64,000 nt of DNA from Octopus vulgaris (GCA_951406725.2 OX597833.1:65348001-65412000); one strand, 5' to 3'; positions 26,915 to 39,345 are shown, counted from the stretch's first letter. Notes: generated from the letters alone by a model not told the origin. Program-made: numbers and translations.

Positions 26915-27097
26915 CTTTCTACTACACACAGGCTGAAATTTTGGGAGAGGGGAACAGTCGATTGCATCGATCCCAGTGCATCACTGGTACTTAATTTATC
27001 GACCCTGAAAAGATAAAAGGTAAAGTCGACCTCAGCGGAATTTGAACTCAGAACGTAAAGACAGACGAAATACCGCTAAGAATTTTGCTCTGCGTAC
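26915..27097 (-). mobile_element. SINE-A, 5'-clipped
   Basis: Core and tail-2 on the minus strand. Confidence 0.85.
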
Positions 27098-27425
27098 TAA
27101 AAACAGAAACAATTCCTATCATAGTAGGCGCATTAGGTATGATAAAAAAATATTCAGACAAATGGCGGTGCCCCAGCATGGCCACAGCTCGTGAGCTGAA
27201 ACTAGATAAAATAAAAAAATAAATAAAAATACATAACAAATACACCAGAACTAACAAGTATATATAACATACAGAAAATTGCACTACTAGGCACTGCACA
27301 CATCCTACGTAAAACACTTTCAATATAGTAAAGATAAGGGCATCACAACAAACCACAGCACTTGCTCAAGGCATACAGAGCTGCGTTTGGTTGTGCAGTG
27401 AAAGCACGCTATAAAAATAAAACTA

Positions 27426-27430
<5 letters not shown>
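27097..27430 (+). mobile_element. R4/Dong-clade non-LTR retrotransposon 3' fragment ending in (TAA)n, interrupted by a 65-bp insert (27164-27230)
   Basis: Removing the insert gives KTETIPIIVGALGMIKKYSDKYITNTPELTSIYNIQKIALLGTAHILRKTLSI*, the P..IGALG...IQK.ALLGTA.ILRK C-terminus of R4/Dong elements. Dong elements are known to target (TAA)n. Confidence 0.85.
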
Positions 27431-27523
<93 letters not shown>

Positions 27524-28077
27524 CAACAACAATAATAATAATAATAATAATGAGTTTCTCTGCCCTAGGAGTCGGGAAGACACTCGGCAAGAAATGGAAG
27601 CAAATTTGAAAGAAGAAAAAAAAAGATAATAATAATAATAATAATAATAATTGATGCGCTAGGAAGTAACAATACACAATTACCAACATGGCTCGACTCA
27701 AAAAGAATAGTATAAATATATAGATAGAACACCTACAAAAAACATCTTTGCTTGGAATTGCAAGTCTGCTGTCCGAAAGGTTCTTCAACCATGATCAGTA
27801 AACAAGTGTCACTTTGGTCTGCTGGCTGTGGACAGCTGACATTTTCCATCATAACCAACAAAATAAACTGAGAGTTTTCATCAAATAAAAATAATTGGTC
27901 ACGGTTGGAACGCATTTCACCATATATATATTTACTCGATGGAGTTCTTATCTGTCGTAAAGCCATGATAACAAATAGGTGGAACAAATGTAATGAGAGA
28001 ATGGTGGAAGCGAATTCGACTGAATTCTTATTGCGAAATTTTATTGATTTTTACCATTTACATATTCTGGAATATAT

Positions 28078-28443
28078 ATATAGTGGTAGTATACTGTCAA
28101 CGCAACGTGACAGTCCCCTAAAGGGAATCACACCACCGCTATTTAGCCCTAGGAAGCATCGACGCCTCCTGTCGGCTTTGACACATTTCATGTGTCCTTA
28201 TATTTGCAAAGGGGAGCTAGCAGGACTTAATACCCCGGACTGATGACGGGCAAGACCCAGAAACATGTCTCCAGGTGCTAATCCTAGCTGGCGGGGGTGC
28301 TTGCTTCCCCTTTGCAAATATAAGGACATAGGAAATGTGTCAAAGCCGACAGGAAGCGTCGATGCTTCCTAGGGCTAAATAGCGGTGGTGTAATTCCCTT
28401 TACGGGACTGTCACGTTGTGTTGAGAGTATACAACCACTCTAT
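28078..28443. mobile_element. Foldback element with arms of about 160-170 bp and a hammerhead core at the apex
   Basis: Arms 28078-28239 and 28270-28443 are reverse complements with scattered mismatches and one indel. Confidence 0.9.
28233..28276 (+). ncRNA. Minimal type I hammerhead ribozyme
   Basis: cccgga CTGATGA (28240-46) cGGGcaagaCCCa GAAA (28260-63) CATG TC tccagg. GTC triplet at 28267-69, palindromic ACATGT stem III. Confidence 0.75.
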
Positions 28444-29003
28444 CGCTCCACCACCGCTCATGTCTCTCTGAGACATTTAGAAATTCAATATTTCTAATTT
28501 TAGAATATATATATTTTTGAACAAAATGTTCGGTATTACAGAAACGACAGACTTTGTAATGTTTAAAATTATCGAATTTCTTGACTTTGCCTAAGATAAG
28601 AATGAACATTATTCTGTCGATGCATTTAAAGTTCTATTCTATATAAAATCCAATTCTATGTTCCACTGGTCATTTGTCTACAATCAATACCGGATTACCG
28701 ATCAGTCTTTGAAGATAGGATCGATACGGATACATGTGCGCTATGTCAGGAAAGAAGCTTTAGGCATAATATTTTATTCTTTCAAACACCGCCGTGAGTT
28801 CTTTACATGAGCGTCGGACTCCATCGACTGGGTAACATACTTTGCTTCCAAATTCGATTCAATATTTAATTCTCTCATACTTGAAATAGAATGAACGAAG
28901 TTATTTGTGCGTCTCTTCAGGATATAATGTCTTTAACGCATAAAGGGGAACGTTGTGTTTCTAAAGCACACTTCAAGCAGATGTTTATATGCATATATAT
29001 ATA

Positions 29004-29093
<90 letters not shown>

Positions 29094-29331
29094 CACACAA
29101 ATGCATGTGCCGATGTACGTATCTGTGTACACATGTGAATGTCCATTGCAGTCTCAACAGCTCTTAGTGCTATATATATATGTATCGGCATATCTATGCC
29201 TATGTACCGATGTGTGTGTATTGTGTGCATACCTAGATTGATCAGTACATATTTCTGTACTCCGTGAACTTTCCGCGTTCGGTGAAATCCATATATACTG
29301 ACATACGTGTGTGTAAGTATGTCTATGCAGG

Positions 29332-29408
<77 letters not shown>

Positions 29409-29436
29409 TATATACATATATACATATATATATATA

Positions 29437-29484
<48 letters not shown>

Positions 29485-29487
29485 TAC

Positions 29488-29550
<63 letters not shown>

Positions 29551-30489
29551 AACATATATATATATAAACATATATATATATATACATATATATATATATG
29601 TGTGTGTGTGTGTGTTTATGTATAAATATATATATATATATAGTTATGTGTGTAATGTACATATACATGCATATCTACATAAACACACACATGCACATTC
29701 ACACGCACAGAAGCACACACATCTATCGATATATGAATCTATATATTTACGTGCATGTACTTATTTCTCTATGTATGTGTGTACGTATATACGTATTTAT
29801 CTATGCTTGTATGAATTTATCTATGTATGTATATGTGTATGTATGTATGTGTGAGCGTATGTATGTAGTACTTATATTCTAATACAGCGTGTTCGTAAAT
29901 CCAAATGCACTTTTATAATCAACGTATATTTCTATGGCTCTTTGAACAATCGAAATTACGCACAGATAGGAACGTGGGTGAATTACAGCCAACCTTCCAT
30001 GTTGGATAAAGAAGAATCGATTCTCAATGTTTCATAAGTTCCTTCTTTTATGTCTCTGTTTTCTATACTGTGATATGTTTCATAAAAAAAAATGTATTTC
30101 ATAGTTAATACTGGCTATGATTGCTTGACCTGCTAAATATAACAGCCATAATGTGCAACTCTATCTCAAATGAGTCTTATCATTCTTGACAATGGAGGGA
30201 AATATAATATACTAGGTCCGAAATCTACATACATGCAGAGGGCTGCATAATAATGTCTGACATATATACCTATGACCCTTAAGGTTCTACACGCTCAAGA
30301 TTGTCACAGGAATTGCACAGTATTGTGCTGTTTTCTTTGCCCACCCCACCATAACCATCCACAAAGATATTTCTTTACATACACAGACATTTTAGTTACA
30401 CTGATTCCAATACAAACTTTCACCAGTAACAATCTAAGGACAACATGAGCTACAATAACAAAAACAACAACAAATATTATTACTACTAG

Positions 30490-30648
30490 GGGGAAGGTTT
30501 ACAAAAATAAACAAAAGACGAAGGCAGGTTTACGGAAATAAAGAAAATACGAAGGCCGGTGGAGTACAAACAAACAATTGTATTAGTATGGCGCTCAGGA
30601 ATAGAAATAAAACAAGTCTTTTACGTTTCGAGCCTACGCTCTTCTACA
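30490..30648 (-). mobile_element. Repeat family E, truncated inside the hammerhead-like core
   Basis: aagtcttttacgtttcgagcctacgctcttctac, followed by a 20-bp tandem duplication at 30644-30683. Confidence 0.7.
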
Positions 30649-31296
30649 CGTTAGAATATTCTACTACACGTTAGAATATTCTACCATCATCCATGCCCGA
30701 TGCCTGCACAAGTAGTCGTCCGTTTTGGTTCGTGTTTATAACCAGTATGACTTTAGGAGACGACATTCGCTTTTGCTGAGTTAGTATACATTAATTGTTA
30801 ACCATTTACAGAACTATTAGAACGAGAGACATTTATATTATAAACTTTCTGTCACTGGTATTGACGAGTTTTACGCTTGACTAAAGAACATTCAATATAT
30901 GCAATCAATATTCACATCGCATTAAAATCGATCCTCTCTCTAAACAGTAGGTGTTTCAGTCAGTAAGAAGTCACATTTGAACGACTTCTTGCTTAACGTT
31001 CCAAAATTCGCTTAGCCTTATCGTTTAATGTATCTTAAAACGAGCTTAAATTCATTATTATTATAAACGTTTATGCTTTTAAGTTGGAATATTATTTCTC
31101 CCGGAAACCGTTGCTAAGACACCCGGGTTAAAGAGTTAATAACCAGAAACATTAATATGCTACGCATAGTTTCGCTAAATTTCCGGTGTATTAGTATTTG
31201 CAATAATTACAAATAGTTATTCGTTAGGCAGGATACACTGAGGTAATTAGACAAATATATTCATTTATATTGAATTGTATACGCTATTATATAATG

Positions 31297-31344
<48 letters not shown>

Positions 31345-31362
31345 TAGGAATGAGAACCAAAG

Positions 31363-31395
<33 letters not shown>

Positions 31396-31462
31396 TAGAT
31401 AGATATACATATATACATATATATATATATGTATGTATCTATATATATGTATGTATGTATAA

Positions 31463-31508
<46 letters not shown>

Positions 31509-31531
31509 GGATAAGATCGTTAATTTAAATA

Positions 31532-31640
31532 TCGATCTTATCAAGTGGCCATCATGGGTATAAGAACCTTCAAAGGTAATAATTGTTATTAAAATTATAA
31601 TTTAGGGCATCTAAGAGATACCGCCGCGCTGGAAATAGTA
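31532..31640 (+). repeat. Repeat family G (unclassified)
   Basis: cgatcttatcaagtggcca.catgg...gagatacc.cc..gctg.aaatag also occurs at 48781-48890. Confidence 0.7.
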
Positions 31641-31685
31641 ATCAAAATCTGAGCTCGCTATTATTTCAGTAGAGGAATATATGTA

Positions 31686-31854
31686 ACAATTATTCGGTTG
31701 CTATAATAAAACTACGAGTTTGGGATATCGGGGAGGAAATCTGCTTCGGCATCTCGTCAGTTATTAAGACAAACAATAATGCATGAGATTCCGGAGCAGA
31801 ATTCTGCCCCGACATCTGAAAGTCGGAGTTTTATTATGCCAACCGAATAATTGT
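31686..31854. mobile_element. Foldback/MITE-like element with diverged arms of about 78 bp
   Basis: acaattattcggttg.tataataaaact.cga...gat.tcgggg..gaa.tctgct.cgg.atctc and its reverse complement. Confidence 0.8.
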
Positions 31855-31889
31855 CAAATATTATATTAAATATATATATATATATATCT

Positions 31890-32291
31890 GAGAACCCCTT
31901 CGGTCATGACTGACCATGGGATTGTGCCTAGGAAGTTACCCCCCACTAGGCACAAGTCCGGGCAAGGTTGTTTATGGAAGACCATCAGTCACGCATGCAT
32001 ACCGGCCTCCCCTCTCCACGCCACCAATGTTATCCAAGGCAAAGGGGCTGATACAGCTTGGCACCTGTGACATACCAACTCATTTCTACAGTTGAGTGAA
32101 CTGAGCGCATGGCTCAGCTGAGGACATGGCTCAGCTGAGGACATGGCTCAGCTGAGGGCATGGCTCAGTGATTAGAGCGTCGAGATAACGATCGTGATAC
32201 TCTGAGTTTGAATCTCGGACCGGGCAGCGTGTTGTGTTCTTGAGCAAGACACTTTATTTGACGTTGCTCCGGTTCACTCAGCTGTAGAAAT
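31890..32291. mobile_element. SINE family D copy with inverted 5' half
   Basis: 3' half on minus (31890-32103), tRNA-like head on plus (32105-32291). The halves overlap in gttcactca.ctgtagaaat. Confidence 0.7.
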
Positions 32292-32300
32292 ACATATATA

Positions 32301-32439
<139 letters not shown>

Positions 32440-33258
32440 TAGATATATGATACATATGTATATATATATATGTATACATTTGTATATGGATATGTATATA
32501 TTTATATATTTGTGTGCTAGGTGTATCAGCAGTTATGTATCTATATGCTTGCTTGTGCACGTGCGCACTGCACACCTGCGTGCACGAATACACGCATCGG
32601 AGGCCCATATGACAAACACACATGTAGCATACCATGCACATTCACACGCACATGTAGAGCTAAAAATAAAAACACTTTTTTTTTCTTATTGTTTCCTTCC
32701 CTGTTTACACGAATCATCTCGAAAAATAAAATAAAATAAAATAAGGGAAAAATAAGGTAAAAATACACGAATAAACCCAAGATGCATAAATACAAACAAT
32801 AAAATTAAAATGGTGAAATTTTCTTGCGTAAGAACAGAAATATAGCGAGAGAAAGAATGACGACATTTTGGCTAGAAAAACGAAAACAACAATTTCGGTA
32901 TTAGATATAGGAGCATTTCAGTTAAACACCATAAATAAGCGTAAAGTTAATTAGATAAATGATATTTTATCTCGTTAATTAACTGACAATACATGACTTG
33001 TATTAAATAACAACACGCGTTATGTAACGGCATTACAAACAGGTGACAAAAATCACGTTTTATTCGATATCTACGACTAGATCGGAGAAGAATTAAGTTC
33101 AACGTACCTTGCTGTTTTCTTGTAATATTTATTTTTTTATGTTTCTTCATTGCATTCGTATAAGAATAATACTGGTTTCTTTTTGTATTCGTCAAAATTC
33201 ACGAGTTACTCGAACCATTGAACTATTTAACACTGACTAAGCCTCTGTCCGAAACCTT

Positions 33259-33300
<42 letters not shown>

Positions 33301-33305
<5 letters not shown>

Positions 33306-33465
33306 CGTTTGGGGATTTGGTTTGCAAGTTTCTTTATTTGAGTTCGTGTTTTGAAAACGCAACGAAAATTGTAGAAAAATAAAGAAGCAAATTAGTGGAA
33401 ATTTTACCAGTGAGTGTATTAAATTATAAGGCACTAAAAGAGAATGACTCTCTCCATACACAACA

Positions 33466-33467
<2 letters not shown>
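33301..33467. repeat. Repeat family F with internal inversion
   Basis: First block is collinear with 61728-61780 and second block is inverted relative to 61790-61910. Confidence 0.7.
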
Positions 33468-33535
<68 letters not shown>

Positions 33536-34639
33536 CTGTATGTATATGTTTATGTATATGTATGTATATATATATATATATATATACATACAAAAATATA
33601 TATCTCTTTATACATGTATTCAGTTTGTATGTATGTATGTATGTATATAATATATATATCATTTATAGATATGCATATATGTATATAATTGTATGACGCG
33701 TTCGTGTGTTTGTGTGTAAACACGCGCATATGTCTAGTCAAGCACGGTAATGTGTGTATATACACATTCATGTGTCTGGATGTGTCTGTGCGTGTGTGTA
33801 GTCACGAACGAAATTGTTCTCTTTTTCATTCATACTCTTCATAAATACAATTATATTTCTGTTAATTGTACTAATTTGGAGCGTTCACTGCTGGATTTCA
33901 TTACGAATATTAAATATTTCGCAAACGAAACAGACGAAAATTCCTATTGTGTGATATTTAATATCATTACTGCACATGTTAATTTAAAACACGTACATAT
34001 GCACACTCACACTCTCTTTCACAGAGAAACAGTTCGGAATATTTTTACTCTTTCACATGATCTCTGCAATTATATAAACGTTGCAGGTGACCTAACATGA
34101 TTAGTGTAAAACATTGTAGTGTTACTAAGAAAAGCGTAGATTTTTTTCATGTGACTAAAGGCCTAGATTTGTAAATACACAATTCAGCGTTCGTTTCTTC
34201 CTACTCAATGGCATATCAGACAAAGGAATTTTCTAATAAAATTTAGGATCCCAGTCATCACTAGTCTTTCCATAGTTCAGCATAATCATCAGTGTGTGCC
34301 ACGTCTGCTGATAATCGCAGTATTACTCTAACGGAACTGGTTGACCCTTGCCCTTGATCTGTTTTGGGATTCTCTGCCCAGCATCTTGTGCACCTTACCG
34401 TGGACAAGGTTGACAGTTCATCCACCAAGGTTTCACATCTGCTATGTCCCCCCCCCCCCCCCATGCGGGTAACCAGAGCCTCGTTTGCCAGTTTGGGTTC
34501 AAACATCAACCTGCAGGCCTTGCGTGACTCTGACAGATTGCCGGAGGCGATCTTCCTGTCCATGGCCAGAGCAGGAAAAAGTCTCTTTCGTGGGACGGTA
34601 TAACTGAATGAGGCAATCCCAGATTGTTGCCACCACCAC

Positions 34640-34967
34640 ATGAAATACGTCGAGGGAGCACCCAACAGTAGAATGGTTATATGAGAATGTACCAACTCTC
34701 TCATCAACCACCTAAGAGTGAAGGTTGAGGTTTGCTGGCCACTGCTTGAGATGTAAAGAAGAACTACTGAGTAGTGTGTTGCTATGGACACCAAATCTTG
34801 GTACCACAGAAGCTGCAAGACCACTGAAGCCGTATATACAACAGCTAGCAGAATATGTTGGATGGCACGTGGAAGACCTAAAAACACTAATGGAAGATCG
34901 GGATGGATGGAGAGAGGTAGTCAAGCTGGCCCAGGCAATCAGCTTGACTGGAGGATGCTTCCTTTAA
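34640..34967 (+). mobile_element. RTE-clade (RTE-X-like) LINE 3' fragment
   Basis: EHPTVEWLYENVPTLSS..RLRFAGHCLRCKEELLSSVLLWTP..RPLKPYIQQL..MEDRDGWR, with in-frame stops. Confidence 0.85.
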
Positions 34968-35422
34968 AAAGAAAGAAGGATCCCAGGTTATTATTTACGA
35001 TCTACGTCTGCAAAATGTAAAGATATTTAATGAAATACTGAAATGCTAGTAAGTCACGATTTAAAAGTAATGGCTTACGTTTGAAGGGGGAAAACTTCGC
35101 CAGTGTTATAAAAGCTCTCAGATTATATTGCATGGAACGCATGGAACATTAGATGTTGCAGGGCTAACTGCTCTGAAAGTGTATATTAGGGGAGTTGGGT
35201 GCCAAAACGACAGACGGGCGGTATGCTGAAAATGAAGAAACATCTATGTAAAAATAGCAGCCTTTCTTTGGTACTTTAGAAGAAATGCTTAAAAGCGGAA
35301 AAGAAATAATGGATCACTTGTTTCAATGTTGAAAATCATTCATTAGTATTTCTGTTATGAGAAGTGATATAACACCAAACATCACAATCATCATCATCAT
35401 CAATATCGTGATTATCACTCTC

Positions 35423-35462
<40 letters not shown>

Positions 35463-35817
35463 AACAGGTTGCTTGACCGCATACCGAAAAAGTAGAAATA
35501 GCAGTCAAGAATGCTTATTTCTATTTTCCACAAGTGGGGCTCCACACACGACAAACCCTGCAATTCACATATGCAAAACAGAAGGAATAGATATCGAAAA
35601 CGAAGTCTGCTGGTTATCTGTGAACATCATGTTTCTGGATTATAAACATATTGAATATATATTTCATATATATTGCATATATATTTCACATCCGTCTTCA
35701 GCACAGCATATGTGAATTGCAGGGTGTGTCGTGTGTGGAGCCCCACTTGTGGAAAATAGAAATAAGCATTCTTGACTGCTATTTCTACTTTTTCGGTATG
35801 CGGTCAAGCAACCAGTT
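35463..35817. mobile_element. Foldback element with near-identical arms of about 112 bp
   Basis: Arms 35463-35574 and 35706-35817 differ at only about 2 positions. Confidence 0.92.
35618..35706 (-). ncRNA. Type I hammerhead-ribozyme motif in the foldback spacer
   Basis: Minus strand reads CTGTG CTGAAGA cGGAT..(AT-rich loop)..ATCCa GAAA CATGATG TT CACAG. Perfect 5-bp stem I, GTT triplet. Confidence 0.7.
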
Positions 35818-35975
35818 GCCTGTCCCTTTTTCTTATATACAATATATATACTGAACTTTACAGAAGTTCCTACCGTTAATCGGCTATATTTACATACCGA
35901 ATTCTACCAGTAAATAATTGTGGTCTTTTTTTAAAAACCATTATAAAAATTATTTACTCTTATTATTATATTATA

Positions 35976-36485
35976 TCTATATATATAAAACTCTAGTTGT
36001 GTGAGTGTCTGTCCCCTTCGATTTAGATGCCTAACTCCTCCCACATTTTGCGGTGCAGTTTAACCAAATTCGGGTATCTTATAGTCGTGATTCATATCGA
36101 GCCCGTCTGAGTATTAGCGCGCGTCAACGATGAGTCTACGATTTTAAAAATAATTTAACATCATTTTTTATTCCATTTTAATGCATAATTTTTCGTGTGT
36201 CGATGGCGGCGGAGTTGGCGTCCACGCTCACAGCTGCACCTGTTTGCTTCTCCCCCATCCCTCCCTCGTGAAGCTGTGGGGAAGAGAGTGTAAGGAAATC
36301 AACGTCGTAATGCGTTGTCAAGGAGACCAGCGTTCTTTTAGAACAACGACTTCATGGCTTGAAGACACCAAAACAGAAATGGCTAAGAAAGCCCGAATTG
36401 GCATCTATAAGGGAAGTAACTCTCTAAAAATGCTTATATAGTTATTTCCCTTATAAACCCGAGCAACGCCGGGCGATACTGCTAG
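35976..36485 (+). mobile_element. Non-autonomous Helitron (510 bp)
   Basis: A|TCTATATATATAAAA 5' end, CCCGAGCAACGCCGGG hairpin, CTAG|T 3' end, no TSD. Confidence 0.92.
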
Positions 36486-36495
36486 TATATATATA

Positions 36496-37002
36496 TCTAT
36501 ATATATATAAAACTGTAGTTGTGTGAGTGTATGATCCCTTCGATTTAGATTTCTAACTCCTCCCACATTTTGCGGTGCAGTTTAACCAAATTCGGGTATC
36601 TTATAGTCGTGATTCATATCGAACCCGTCTGACTATTAGCGCGCGTTAACGATGAGTCTACGATTTTAAAAATAATTTAACATCATTTTTTATTCCATTT
36701 TAATGCATAAAATGCATCGTGTGTCGATGGCGGCGGAGTTGGCGTCCACGCTCAAAGCTGCACCTGTTTGCTTCTCCCCCTTCCCTCCCTCGTGAAGCTG
36801 TGGGGAAGGGAGTGTAAAGAAATCAACGTCGTAATGCATTGTGAAGGAAACCAGCGTTCTTTTAGAACAACGACTTCATGGCTTGAAGACACCAAAACAA
36901 AAATGGCTAAGAAAGCCCGAATTTATAAGGGAAGTAACTCTCTAAAAATGCTTATATAGTTATTTCCCTTACAAACCCGATCAACGCCGGGCGATACTGC
37001 TA

Positions 37003-37003
<1 letters not shown>
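36496..37003 (+). mobile_element. Non-autonomous Helitron, second tandem copy
   Basis: Same termini, separated from the first copy by 10 bp of (TA)n. Confidence 0.92.
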
Positions 37004-37063
<60 letters not shown>

Positions 37064-37119
37064 TATATATATGTTGAATATATGTATATGAATATATATA
37101 TATATATATATATAGTTGA

Positions 37120-37159
<40 letters not shown>

Positions 37160-37207
37160 ATATATATATATATATTCAACTATATATATATACATGTACA
37201 TACATTC

Positions 37208-37265
<58 letters not shown>

Positions 37266-37443
37266 GATTTCCGGCGACGGGAATTGTACTCACCCCGGGA
37301 ATTGGGCTCATGTGAGCTGATCCCCTCTGACCACTAAGACACACACCTTTACAAGTAGATATATGGATATTTACGTATATGTATGCACGTGTATATGTGT
37401 GTGTGTTGGTGTGTATATAGATAACTAAATAGACAGACAGACA

Positions 37444-38006
<563 letters not shown>

Positions 38007-38472
38007 GGAAGAAAGTAGACACAGAATGACAGATTGAAAGATAGATAGCTAAATAGTGTTTGTCATATAAAATTTTAGATAAACATACTGTATATGATTA
38101 GTTGCGACGTTTTATAAATGTTGGTTTTTGAGGTAGTCAAAACTGAGCGACTCTTTAAGTAAGGGAGGTAAATGTTACTGGATAGCGTTGGCTATTGCGT
38201 GTGAAAAAAATCTATATTTGTTCAACGTATAATATAACCTTCAATCGGATATCTTGGTGGTTGTAACTTAATATCATACAATCTTGTAGATAATAATATA
38301 TAGACGTATGGAAGCTTCAAATATCAGAGGCTGAATAATAAAGAGGTGGAGAATAAAAAAAAAGTGGCCTAGAATTATGTTTATATATATATATGTGTTT
38401 GTGTGTGTGTGTGGAAATGTACTGGCTTACGTACGTGTATGTCTGTATATTTGAATGCGTATGCATATGTGA

Positions 38473-38524
<52 letters not shown>

Positions 38525-38594
38525 ATGGGTTTGTGAGTGTGTGTGTTTGTGTGTATGAATACATGCTAGACCGAGTTTAATTGTAGTTATGGTG

Positions 38595-38965
38595 GAAGCC
38601 AGTGCCGTCTGAGTGGGACGTAAAAGGCACCATGCGAGCGTTGGGACTCATGGAGGCAGTACCAAGTGAGCAAGACACTTGGCGACGTATTGTGCTTGTG
38701 TTGACCTGTCAAATCAAGTGTGGCCGTAGGCGTCGTCGATGCCGGTGTCAGGTCAATAGCAGCCGTGCCGGTGGCACGTAAAAAGCCCCCACTACAGGAA
38801 GGGCATCCAACTGTAAAAACCTTGACAAATTAGGCTGGAAACTGGTACAGCAGCCAACACCCACCCATCCACCCGAGCTTACCAGTTTACAGTCAAACCT
38901 TCTGACCAATTCCAGCATGGAAAGCGGAAGTTAAACGACGACGATGATGATAATGATGATGATGG
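38595..38965 (+). mobile_element. SINE-like retroposon with RTE-type tail and (GAT)n end
   Basis: ggcacgtaaaaagc, aggaagggcatcc, ccagcatggaaagcggaagttaaacgacgacgatgatg. Classification is from recalled RTE-type tails. Confidence 0.6.
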
Positions 38966-39027
38966 TAATGATGATATAATGATAAGAAGAACGGAGATTT
39001 TCCACACCTAAACAGTTATCCTTATCT

Positions 39028-39113
39028 GGGCCTACGCGCGTTTCAACTGCATCGACTGCACACCGTTACGTTTGAAGCCCGGTGTCATTCTTAGAACAGT
39101 TTCATTAGGGTCC
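39028..39113 (-). ncRNA. Hammerhead-ribozyme relic (one core substitution)
   Basis: Minus strand reads ggacc CTAATGA AACTG...CAGTT GAAA CGCGCG TA ggccc. Confidence 0.6.
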
Positions 39114-39272
39114 TAACATACTAACGTTTCGAAGTGAAACTGGAGGAACCAGCAAGGTGAATGAATAGAGTATTTCTAAGTGGAATGGCTATGACTGTAG
39201 GCAGTTGCAGTAGTATTGACCTAGTGTTCACCTTGTGTTGTAGATTGAAGAAGAGACACGGTAACCGGCAGG

Positions 39273-39345
<73 letters not shown>

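Noticed and set aside
34262-34300. CTGATGA...GAAA on the minus strand as a hammerhead
   Set aside because: Stems I, II and III do not pair.
36181-36441. Near-identical 86-aa ORF recurring at 36768 and 59061
   Set aside because: The similarity reflects Helitron copy identity. The ORF is truncated or disrupted in other copies, so it is not evidence of a gene.
37262-37338. GC-rich 75-bp island, tRNA-like on the minus strand
   Set aside because: Only an A-box-like motif and a degenerate B-box, with no cloverleaf. Too weak to call.
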